Positions 26,853-35,188 of a DNA stretch of 64,000 nt are shown one piece after another. The DNA is from a virus (taxonomy: Duplodnaviria > Heunggongvirae > Uroviricota > Caudoviricetes): IMG/VR virus record IMGVR_UViG_3300024268_000010. One strand, 5' to 3'. The notes beneath the pieces were generated by a model, which had not been told where the DNA came from, did no database searches, and saw nothing but the letters and a program-made list of their open reading frames with translations. Each line of letters opens with the position of its first letter. The first letter of the stretch is position 1. A program made the position numbers and the translations under genes.

Positions 26853-28781
26853 TTAATCTCCAATCATCATTAAAAATTCATTTTCTGTAATAATAGGTAT
26901 ATTTAACTCAATCGCTTTTTTATATTTACTGCTACCACTTTGTTCGTTTGTGATTAAATAATTTGTATTTTTACTGACTGATCCGGTTGTTTTTGCGCCG
27001 AGTTCAACAATTTTTGTGTTAATACTATCTCTTGTAAAATGGGTAAGTTTTCCTGTCACGCATAGTATTTTTCCACTGAATGGATTCTGTTTCGTCACAG
27101 TCTTCGTCGGCACAACAAACTTCATCTCCGACGCTAAATCAACGATTTCTGCCTCATTGTCAATGAAATACTTAGTAATATTTGCACACGTCTTATCACC
27201 AATATCCTGTAAGTCTGACCAATTGTATCCGTTCTTAAAAGCACTAAGTAATTGCTCAAAATCACCGTTAAATGCTTCCGCAATAGTTTTGGAAGCAGAT
27301 TTACCTACTCCGTCAATAGACAAAGCACATATAAAGTTTTCAAGTTTTACATCCCTGCTCTTTTCAATTGATTCAAGCAATTTATTTACTGACTTGTCTC
27401 CAAATCCATCAAGCTTAATCATATCTGCTTTGTTGACATCCAAATAGTAAATGTCAACAAACTTAGTCAGCCAACCAAGTTCGATAAACTTTTCAAGAGT
27501 CGCCTCGCTTAACCCTTCGATATCCATTGCGGGCTTGGATACAAAGAACTTCAATCTACCCAATAATTTGCCTAAGCAGTTGATGTTTTTGCACATAAGT
27601 ACTTCGGACTCATTCTCTTTCACGACTTCAGTTTTACCACCACAAACTGGGCATTGCTTAGGATAAGTTATAGGAGAATCGCCATCCTGGAGGCAAGAAT
27701 CAATCTGAGGAATGATTTGGTTGGCTTTATACACTTTCACGGTACAATTATTCGTGAGTCCTAACTTCTTAATAATAGAAATGTTATGGAGGGAAGCTTT
27801 ACTAACATCAGTACCGTCAATATTAACTGTTTCAAAAATTGCCGTAGGAGTAAGAGTGTTTGTTTTGCCCATTGTCCATTCAATATCAAGCAGTTTCGTT
27901 TCGTAAAGTTCGTCGTAGAATTTATAAGCTAATCCTCCGCAGAAGTGGTGATCCGTTCTACCCATTAATTCATATTCAACAGGGTTATCTAACTTAAACA
28001 CCAGTCCGTCAATTGGATAACTATAATCTTCTGCAACCTGTTTTAGGCACATTGTATCCTCAACAACATGATATAAACCTCTTAAAAGCGGAACGACAGT
28101 AAAGGAAAGATTTCTGAGCCAAGCCAATACTGCACGCAGACTATTTGACTTAGGGTTTCCAATCACATCCCACGCCACAAATGTCAATTTTCTCTTGGCG
28201 CATTCGTTGCTATCAAGAAGTCTAATGCTTCCAGAAGCGAAGTTTCTAGCATTCTTATATTCGCTTTCAAATTCCTTAAAGTCGTCAAGTTTACAAATGA
28301 TTTCGCCGTCAACTACAAGCCTATCAGTATACGGAATTTTCTTTGGAATCGAAGGAATAACCATTGCATTGTGAGTAATATCCTCACCAATCTCACCATC
28401 CCCTCGTGTTTCTGCTCTTACCAGCCTACCATTTTCATACAAAAGCGAACATGTTAAACCGTCCATCTTTAACATAGCAATCCAATCTTTGTCTCCAACA
28501 AAAGATTTGATCTCTTCAATATCCTTTGTCTTGTCCAGAGATAGCATAGAATGGTTGTGCTTAACCTTCGGCAGTTCATTAACGACAGTATAGTTTACTT
28601 TTTGAGTTGGTGAGTCAGGCATAGTATATCCCCATGTGTGTTCCAATTCGACAAGTTCAAAATACTTATCGTCCCATTCTTTATCAGAGATTTCTGGAAT
28701 ACCTTTGTCATACAATTCTGTATGTCTATTGAGTTCTTTAGTAAGAAATTTAATGCGTGCATATGCGTCAAGTTTTTCCAT
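26853..28781 (-). CDS. ligA: NAD+-dependent DNA ligase
   Basis: KxDG adenylation motif (LKMDGLTCSL), zinc finger CPVCG, C-terminal BRCT-like region; start taken at MEKLD with the RBS aaggag. Confidence 0.9.
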   Translation of the reverse strand: MEKLDAYARIKFLTKELNRHTELYDKGIPEISDKEWDDKYFELVELEHTWGYTMPDSPTQKVNYTVVNELPKVKHNHSMLSLDKTKDIEEIKSFVGDKDWIAMLKMDGLTCSLLYENGRLVRAETRGDGEIGEDITHNAMVIPSIPKKIPYTDRLVVDGEIICKLDDFKEFESEYKNARNFASGSIRLLDSNECAKRKLTFVAWDVIGNPKSNSLRAVLAWLRNLSFTVVPLLRGLYHVVEDTMCLKQVAEDYSYPIDGLVFKLDNPVEYELMGRTDHHFCGGLAYKFYDELYETKLLDIEWTMGKTNTLTPTAIFETVNIDGTDVSKASLHNISIIKKLGLTNNCTVKVYKANQIIPQIDSCLQDGDSPITYPKQCPVCGGKTEVVKENESEVLMCKNINCLGKLLGRLKFFVSKPAMDIEGLSEATLEKFIELGWLTKFVDIYYLDVNKADMIKLDGFGDKSVNKLLESIEKSRDVKLENFICALSIDGVGKSASKTIAEAFNGDFEQLLSAFKNGYNWSDLQDIGDKTCANITKYFIDNEAEIVDLASEMKFVVPTKTVTKQNPFSGKILCVTGKLTHFTRDSINTKIVELGAKTTGSVSKNTNYLITNEQSGSSKYKKAIELNIPIITENEFLMMIGD

Positions 28782-28924
28782 TTTCAAGCTCCTTAATAAA
28801 ATCTGCAATTAAAACAACAACTTCTGTAAAATCTGCAGCCAAATTATCAAAACCAAGTCGTTTAAAATAATCTGCTTTTTCTTGATATTTTTCTTTTTGT
28901 TCTTTCAAATACTCTGGCGTCATA

Positions 28925-29443
28925 TTATTCTCCAATCACATTAATCTGACACATTTTCATGACTTCGAGTGCGTGTCTATGACTCTCTGGAGTTACACAA
29001 GCACAGCAACTTGCGTCTACAGTGATGTTTGCGTCTGGGAACTGTGCTTTAAGCATAATCGCGTTTGATACTACGCAGATGCTTGTACAAGTACCCACGA
29101 GCTCAATGTTTTCAAAATCGCCCTCATACTCCCAATAACGATAACCGAAGGTGGTTTTGTTAATATGGCGACATTCTGGGTGCGACAATTCATCCACAAC
29201 AAGCCAGCCATATGTTCCGTGTACACAATGTTCAATCGGAAGGTGTTTGCCCTCGTTAGTTTCTAAATAATTAAATTTATGCGTGTCTCTTGTAAAAATT
29301 ACTTCATCACCACGAGCTAAATATTCATCAATCTTCTTTTTGACATTTGGAATGATTGCTTGTGCGTATGGATTTGCAAGTGTACCTGTCAAGAAATCAT
29401 TCTGCATATCTATTACAATTAAAGTTTTCATATTATTCTCCAA
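28925..29443 (-). CDS. isochorismatase-family hydrolase, PncA-like nicotinamidase
   Basis: IVIDMQNDF (Asp), a conserved Lys, and catalytic Cys in GTCTSICV; 172 aa. Confidence 0.6.
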   Translation of the reverse strand: MENNMKTLIVIDMQNDFLTGTLANPYAQAIIPNVKKKIDEYLARGDEVIFTRDTHKFNYLETNEGKHLPIEHCVHGTYGWLVVDELSHPECRHINKTTFGYRYWEYEGDFENIELVGTCTSICVVSNAIMLKAQFPDANITVDASCCACVTPESHRHALEVMKMCQINVIGE

Positions 29444-29675
29444 TCTTGATATTTTTTATCTGCACCTCAGTAAGTTCAGTAACCTTAAACGGGTCTCTCT
29501 GGTCTTCTCGTTCAACTTCTTTTATAACAAAAGTTATGTCTTGATGACTAACGTTCTTTATATTATTTGCGCTTAAATAATTGCAAATGATTTCCATAAC
29601 TTGCACTGGCGTTAGACTTATAGTTGCATTTAATTTCATATCAAATACCTTCCTTGATTCTATAATCAACTGCAT
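29433..29675 (-). CDS. hypothetical protein
   Basis: 80 aa ORF between the PncA-like and pncB genes. Confidence 0.4.
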   Translation of the reverse strand: MQLIIESRKVFDMKLNATISLTPVQVMEIICNYLSANNIKNVSHQDITFVIKEVEREDQRDPFKVTELTEVQIKNIKIGE

Positions 29676-30834
29676 TTTTCAAATATGTGATGTAGTCATT
29701 GTTTTGGCACATGGTTTTGCCGGGCACATCACTCAATTTTGCAACTGGATGTCCATTAACATATTGCAATTTAATAACAATATTGATAGGGTTGACATTA
29801 GTATCGTTACTTAAATAAGTACCAATCCCAAAACTTACATTGATTCTGTCTTTAAGTACATCATAAATACTCTGTGCCTTGTCAAAATCCAGACCGTCGC
29901 TAAACAGTAATGTTTTCGTTTTAGGATCGATTCCAAGTTTTTCGTAATGAGCAATCAATTTTTCTCCCCACTCAATCGGATCACCACTATCATGTCTTAC
30001 ACCAGTATAACAAGTTGCTTGAAGTCTATTAAAGTCCATAAGAAACAAGTCTGTGCCAAGTGTGTCAGTAAGTGCAGTGCCGAGATCTCCTTGATATTCA
30101 TCGAACCATTCATCCATTGCCATCTTATTTGTATATGCAAGAGTTACACCAGGAATACCTTGAAACATTTGTACATATTCGTGAGCATATGTACCAATAG
30201 GCTTGCACCCATACTTCATTGCAAGATATACATTAGAAGTACCAACACACTTGCCCGTTAAAAGAAGACGTTCGACCGCAAAATCTTGGAACTCTCTACT
30301 TAATCTTCTACGGCAACCAAATTCCGCAAAATTAAATGTATATTTTCCTGTGTTAATATTATGCATTTTATGAAAGAGTTTTATAACCGCAGAATCCAGA
30401 AGTTCATCATAATCATATTTCATTCTAAAATATACTTCATTCACAATTTCAAGAAGATAGATTTCAAACTGCATTACGGAAAACAGTGGTCCATCAACTT
30501 GAAGATTGAGCGTGCCGTCTGGGTTGCCGTGACAAGTGACATATCTACGAAGAGGGCGCCAGAGACGAAGGAATTCCACATAGTCAGATTTAATAAACCG
30601 AAGTGAATTTAGATAATCAAGTTCTTCGTCGGTAAATGTAAGTGTACAAAAGTGGTCAATCTGTGCATTGATTTCATCAACCATTTCAGGAGTAAATTCA
30701 ACATCTTTATTACGACATTTGAAAAGATAAACACCATTTAAATTAGTATGTTTATGAAACATTACCTGTCCCATTGTAAACTTATATAAATCTGTATCCG
30801 TCAAATGCGTAATAATAGGGCTAAGTTTCATCAT
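29641..30834 (-). CDS. pncB: nicotinate phosphoribosyltransferase
   Basis: Strong similarity to E. coli PncB along its length: DTDLYKFTM, GVRHDSGDPIEWGEKLIAHYEKLGIDPKTKTLLFSD, NIVIKLQYVNGHPVAKLSDVPGKTMC. Confidence 0.85.
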   Translation of the reverse strand: MMKLSPIITHLTDTDLYKFTMGQVMFHKHTNLNGVYLFKCRNKDVEFTPEMVDEINAQIDHFCTLTFTDEELDYLNSLRFIKSDYVEFLRLWRPLRRYVTCHGNPDGTLNLQVDGPLFSVMQFEIYLLEIVNEVYFRMKYDYDELLDSAVIKLFHKMHNINTGKYTFNFAEFGCRRRLSREFQDFAVERLLLTGKCVGTSNVYLAMKYGCKPIGTYAHEYVQMFQGIPGVTLAYTNKMAMDEWFDEYQGDLGTALTDTLGTDLFLMDFNRLQATCYTGVRHDSGDPIEWGEKLIAHYEKLGIDPKTKTLLFSDGLDFDKAQSIYDVLKDRINVSFGIGTYLSNDTNVNPINIVIKLQYVNGHPVAKLSDVPGKTMCQNNDYITYLKNAVDYRIKEGI

Positions 30835-30849
30835 TTTTTCTTTTTCCTT

Positions 30850-31398
30850 TCATTTCTTTTGATGTTGGCAAATATTCTTAAACATTGTCTTAAAACCGCA
30901 TTCTTCGTCAACTTTTAAGCAATAAAGAATAATTTCAATATAGTCTTTATCGTTTTCGTGCATTGCACGAGGAAGTTTTATTTTATTAGTCCACCACTTA
31001 TATTCTGCATCATATGAAAAATTCTTTCCCATATAGGCTCTTGCTGCACCAAGATAATCACAAAGCATTTCTACTTTATATTTCCAAGGCATTTCAACTG
31101 GATGCCCACCTTTGTCAAAGTTATCTTGCCAATATTCATAGTGATGCGGATTACGACCCTTATGGTGCATCCAAGCCATAGACACTCCATTTTCTTCCTT
31201 ACATGCGTCAATGGGTGATCGAGTTCCACTATAATATTTTACACCTTCCCAGAATTCAACTGGAGAAAATTTAGACATATCATGCCACAAACCTTGCCAA
31301 CCACGACCACATTTGCACATATAATACCAAACCCAAAATTTGTGTTTGATGATTGTTTTAAGATGTCCAAAGAATCTCTTAAAAAAATTCATAACCAA
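30850..31398 (-). CDS. hypothetical His/Trp-rich protein
   Basis: 182 aa, MHHKGRNPHHYEYW; no family recognised. Confidence 0.45.
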   Translation of the reverse strand: MVMNFFKRFFGHLKTIIKHKFWVWYYMCKCGRGWQGLWHDMSKFSPVEFWEGVKYYSGTRSPIDACKEENGVSMAWMHHKGRNPHHYEYWQDNFDKGGHPVEMPWKYKVEMLCDYLGAARAYMGKNFSYDAEYKWWTNKIKLPRAMHENDKDYIEIILYCLKVDEECGFKTMFKNICQHQKK

Positions 31399-31469
31399 AC
31401 TCCTCTTTCTTTTACCTTACTACATTATCATTATGCCCTCACGAAAATCGCAAGGGCATAAATTTCATT

Positions 31470-32396
31470 TTAACCGATTCCTTTAAGAATGGTTGTGTCA
31501 CTACCAACAACCTCCGGCAATTTGCCATCCCAGTTATCGGCATATGTTTTTTCAATAAGTTTGTCTGTAATCGACTCAGAAATCTTCTTGTTAGCTTCTG
31601 CCTCTGCTTCAGCAGCAATTCTCTTTGCCTCTGCTTCAGCTTCTGCTTTGATAATCGCCTGTTCTGCATTAATGCGAGCGACTTCTTTTTCAGCCTCTGC
31701 TTGTTTCAAAGCAACTTCTTTGTCTTTCTGAGCCTGAATCAAAGCAGTTTTCGCCTCAATCTCTGCAAGTTCAAGTTCCTGTTGTGCCGTAACTTTTTTC
31801 TGAATCGCCTGTGCGGTTTCCTCGTCCACAGAAATGTTAGTAAAGTTAACAGTATCAATAATAATTCCATAAGCAGCAAACTTTTCTCGGAGATATACAT
31901 CAAGTTCTGCATTAATTTGTGTTCGTTTATCGCCAAAAATATCTGTTACGGGATAATTCGCAGATACTTCCTGTGTCCATGCAACCACCTTGGGTTTGAT
32001 AAAAGTATTTTTAATTTCCTCTCCTGAACGACCCTTAAATAACGTAAATGTTTCTGTTAGTCTTTCAGCATCAAATTTATACGAAAACTCAAGATCCACT
32101 TTCACTGTTTTGCCATCAGATGTAGGAATGCTAAAACTTTCATCTGTCTTTGAGTCGCCTTTGTTATCTGCTGTTAAATAAGATTGTTCAAGCCCAATGG
32201 AATATGTAGTTACTTTTTTTGTAGGGGAAACCACATGCCAACCCTGTGACAATGTTTTTTCTTCAATGCCACCTCGCATATTGTAGACAACACCTGCATA
32301 ACCAGCGTCTATTTTTGCAGTGCACATAAACACCATTACAATTGCCAAAACAAGAATTACCGCCAAGACAATACCACCAACCAAACCTTTTTTCAT
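31470..32396 (-). CDS. SPFH/band-7 (prohibitin/flotillin-like) membrane protein
   Basis: N-terminal TM helix followed by an SPFH core and an Ala/Glu-rich coiled coil; start taken at MKKGLVGG with the RBS ggag. Confidence 0.75.
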   Translation of the reverse strand: MKKGLVGGIVLAVILVLAIVMVFMCTAKIDAGYAGVVYNMRGGIEEKTLSQGWHVVSPTKKVTTYSIGLEQSYLTADNKGDSKTDESFSIPTSDGKTVKVDLEFSYKFDAERLTETFTLFKGRSGEEIKNTFIKPKVVAWTQEVSANYPVTDIFGDKRTQINAELDVYLREKFAAYGIIIDTVNFTNISVDEETAQAIQKKVTAQQELELAEIEAKTALIQAQKDKEVALKQAEAEKEVARINAEQAIIKAEAEAEAKRIAAEAEAEANKKISESITDKLIEKTYADNWDGKLPEVVGSDTTILKGIG

Positions 32397-32397
32397 A

Positions 32398-32553
32398 TTA
32401 TTGCTCCTTTTCTTTATTCTCTTCAAACATTGCTTCTTTTGCATCAATAAATAATCTGCTGAAAAATTTACCAATTGGTCTGTACAAAAATGCACACAAA
32501 AACCACAGCAGACATACACCAAGAAAAACTAATAATAAAAATACGGGATTCAT
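32398..32553 (-). CDS. small membrane protein (51 aa)
   Basis: MNPVFLLLVFLGVCLLWFLCAFLYRP...; RBS aggaga. Confidence 0.3.
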   Translation of the reverse strand: MNPVFLLLVFLGVCLLWFLCAFLYRPIGKFFSRLFIDAKEAMFEENKEKEQ

Positions 32554-32658
32554 TTACATCTCTCCTATCTTATCGTTTGCGTCTTCTTGACGCCACAACC
32601 ACACCAAGAACAAAAACAATCACAAGAGTAATAGCAAACGATGTTAAACTCAAATATA

Positions 32659-33411
32659 TCATTTGTTACCTCTTTGTCTCTTTAGTTCGTCAACAACACG
32701 TTGTGCTTCTCTGTTTTGCTCCGACTGTCTCATTCTGTTCTCTGCGGCCTGAGCACTCGTATCATATGCGATCTTACTACCCTTTGCTCTTTCTCTTGTT
32801 TTCTTTGCACCTTCACGAACACGTTCCAGCATTCGATCGCTTTCACTGTTAAGTGCAAGATTGTCAAGAGATTGGTGAAGTTCAATCATTTGGTGATCTG
32901 CCTCAAGCTGAAATACAACTTGTTCTTTTTCTTCTCGAAGTTTTCTCAACTCCACTGCCGCCTGATCTCTCACTTCTTTTTGATGCTTCTGCGCTTCTTT
33001 CATTTCGGCAATTGTGTCCTGAAGAACTTCAATTTTGCTTTCCAGTGTCACCAATCTATTTGCATAATACAGTGCGTCTTCATCATTACTACCATCAACA
33101 CACAAGTTTAATTGCTGTTTGGTCTTCATAACATCTTTTTTTACTTGATACAAATCTTTTTCAGTGGTATCCACTTTACCAGAAATATCAGCATAAGTAG
33201 CAGACGCTCTGTTGTAAAATTCTTCTTTCTCACGAATGGCCGCATTATAATAATCTTTCGCACCCTCTGGCGTTGAGGCATCTTGCCTCATAATTTCATC
33301 TGTTCTTCCTCTAAATTTAACAAGCAACTGTTGCAAAAACGGCTTATTAAAAATCAAAAGAAAAACAAGTACAATGAGTAAAACTCCAATTAAAATTCCA
33401 ACAACAGTCAT
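32659..33411 (-). CDS. membrane-anchored coiled-coil protein (PspA/LemA/TelA-like stress protein)
   Basis: N-terminal TM helix (VVGILIGVLLIVLVFLLIF) followed by a long charged coiled coil; sits next to the TerD genes. Confidence 0.45.
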   Translation of the reverse strand: MTVVGILIGVLLIVLVFLLIFNKPFLQQLLVKFRGRTDEIMRQDASTPEGAKDYYNAAIREKEEFYNRASATYADISGKVDTTEKDLYQVKKDVMKTKQQLNLCVDGSNDEDALYYANRLVTLESKIEVLQDTIAEMKEAQKHQKEVRDQAAVELRKLREEKEQVVFQLEADHQMIELHQSLDNLALNSESDRMLERVREGAKKTRERAKGSKIAYDTSAQAAENRMRQSEQNREAQRVVDELKRQRGNK

Positions 33412-33422
33412 ACATTTACTCC

Positions 33423-34004
33423 TTATTCTGCGTCAATTCCATATGTGGCACACAGTTTTGCTAAGCCACCATTATATCCACTGCCAATTGCTTTGAATTG
33501 CCACTGACTATTGTGCTTATAAATTTCTCCAACGACCAATGCTGTTTGTGTGGAGAAATCCTCACTCAAATCATAGCGCAAAATTTCTTCGTTGTTATTC
33601 TCGTCAACAAGTCGAATATAGGCATTAGAAATCATTCCGAAGTTTTGAAGTCTATGCTCTGCGTCATAAATTGTAATAACTGCAACCAATCGTTCATAAC
33701 CATCAGGAATTTTTGACAATTCGATTTTGATCACCTCGTCGTCTCCGTCACCTTCGCCAGTACGATTATCTCCGGTGTGAATCACACTTTTGCTCGGATG
33801 TGTTAAATTACCATAAAAGACAAAATCATTATCATTGCCTACCTTGCCATTGTGCTTAAGCATGAAAATTGACGCGTCCAAATCAAAATTTGCTTCGCCG
33901 TCATAGTGATTAATATCCCAACCCAAACCAATAAGAACCTTATCAAGAGAGGGGTTGCCTTTTGTAAGGCTCACCCTCTGACCTTTGTTTAAACTTACAG
34001 ACAT
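33423..34004 (-). CDS. TerD-domain protein (paralogue 1)
   Basis: TerD hallmarks: GLGWD, the acidic Ca-binding GDNRTGEGDGDDE loop, FGMI. Confidence 0.85.
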   Translation of the reverse strand: MSVSLNKGQRVSLTKGNPSLDKVLIGLGWDINHYDGEANFDLDASIFMLKHNGKVGNDNDFVFYGNLTHPSKSVIHTGDNRTGEGDGDDEVIKIELSKIPDGYERLVAVITIYDAEHRLQNFGMISNAYIRLVDENNNEEILRYDLSEDFSTQTALVVGEIYKHNSQWQFKAIGSGYNGGLAKLCATYGIDAE

Positions 34005-34014
34005 TTTATTCTCC

Positions 34015-34587
34015 TTATCTATATTTTCTTGTCATCGAGGAAATACTAGTATCAGTCGTACCTTGACCGACAGCGTTGAATTTCCATTCATTATTATGAT
34101 TGTATACTTCTGCAAAAATCATTGCTGTTTTACCATCATAATTATCTGATAGATTGTACTTACAAATTTCTTTGTGTGTAGAAGCATCAACCAAACGAAT
34201 GAATGCATTCTTAATCATGCCAAAATCCTGTTTTCTTGATTCACAAGCATAAATATTAACGACAAACACAATCTTTTTTACTTTGGACGGCATATCGGAA
34301 AGGCTGACAATAATCTGTTCGTCATCCCCATCTCCATCTCCCGTGAGATTGTCTCCAGTATGACGAACCTTACCATCCAGAGAATAAGTGTGTCCGTAAT
34401 ACACACAATCTATCAACTTTTCATTTTCATCAAGAATAATTGCCGAAGCGTCACAGTCAATGTTAGGCTGATAACCGAAGATTCCTCTTTTTACAGCATC
34501 CCAACCAAGACCAACGACGACTTTGCTCAGCCCATTCACTTCTTTAGACAAACTGATTTTCTGACCCTTTGATAAACTAATAGACAT
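34015..34587 (-). CDS. TerD-domain protein (paralogue 2)
   Basis: GLGWDAV, GDNLTGDGDGDDE, FGMIKNAFIRL. Confidence 0.85.
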   Translation of the reverse strand: MSISLSKGQKISLSKEVNGLSKVVVGLGWDAVKRGIFGYQPNIDCDASAIILDENEKLIDCVYYGHTYSLDGKVRHTGDNLTGDGDGDDEQIIVSLSDMPSKVKKIVFVVNIYACESRKQDFGMIKNAFIRLVDASTHKEICKYNLSDNYDGKTAMIFAEVYNHNNEWKFNAVGQGTTDTSISSMTRKYR

Positions 34588-34603
34588 ATTTACTTCCTCC
34601 CTA

Positions 34604-35182
34604 TTAAATATTCAAACCAAAATTACGACCAATGGTGCTCAAGCCACCTGCATAACCAGAACCAACAGCAGCAAACTTCCATTCACCATTATGTCTGTAC
34701 AGTTCGCCAGCAACAATGCCAGTTTCCAGCGAAAAATCTTCATTCAACTCATACTTAAACAGTTCTTCGTTTGTGGTAATGTTATATGCTCGAATATAAG
34801 AATTGTCCACCATGCCAAAATTCTGAAGTCTTGTTTCTGCGTCATAAATCGTTGCTGCAAAACTAATCTTTGAGATATTGGTTGGCACTTTAGACAAATC
34901 AACCTTAATGGTTTCATCATCACCGTCACCAACACCACTTCTGTTGTCACCAGAATAATCGACTGCACCACTAGGATGTGTGGGCTGATTATAGAAAATG
35001 AAATCGTGTTCGCCGGTCACTTTGCCTGACGCATCGGTAAGAAATACCGATACATCCAAATCAAATTCATTGTTGCCATCATACTTATTGGTGTCCCAAC
35101 CAAGCCCAAATGCAACATTAACCAAGCCGCTGTTTCCTTTCGTCAGATCAATCTTCTGACCTTTTACCAAGCTAATAGACAT
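34604..35182 (-). CDS. TerD-domain protein (paralogue 3)
   Basis: GLGWD, GDNRSGVGDGDDE, FGMVDNSYIR. Confidence 0.85.
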   Translation of the reverse strand: MSISLVKGQKIDLTKGNSGLVNVAFGLGWDTNKYDGNNEFDLDVSVFLTDASGKVTGEHDFIFYNQPTHPSGAVDYSGDNRSGVGDGDDETIKVDLSKVPTNISKISFAATIYDAETRLQNFGMVDNSYIRAYNITTNEELFKYELNEDFSLETGIVAGELYRHNGEWKFAAVGSGYAGGLSTIGRNFGLNI

Positions 35183-35188
35183 ATTCTT

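Noticed and set aside
26621-26890. 89-aa + strand ORF between the ligase and the methyltransferase
   Set aside because: The region is better explained on the - strand by a 56-aa ORF with an RBS plus a terminator hairpin and promoter; the + strand ORF has no RBS.
28783-28923. 47-aa - strand ORF between the PncA-like gene and the ligase
   Set aside because: Overlaps the ligase start in another frame and has no convincing RBS; probably not coding.
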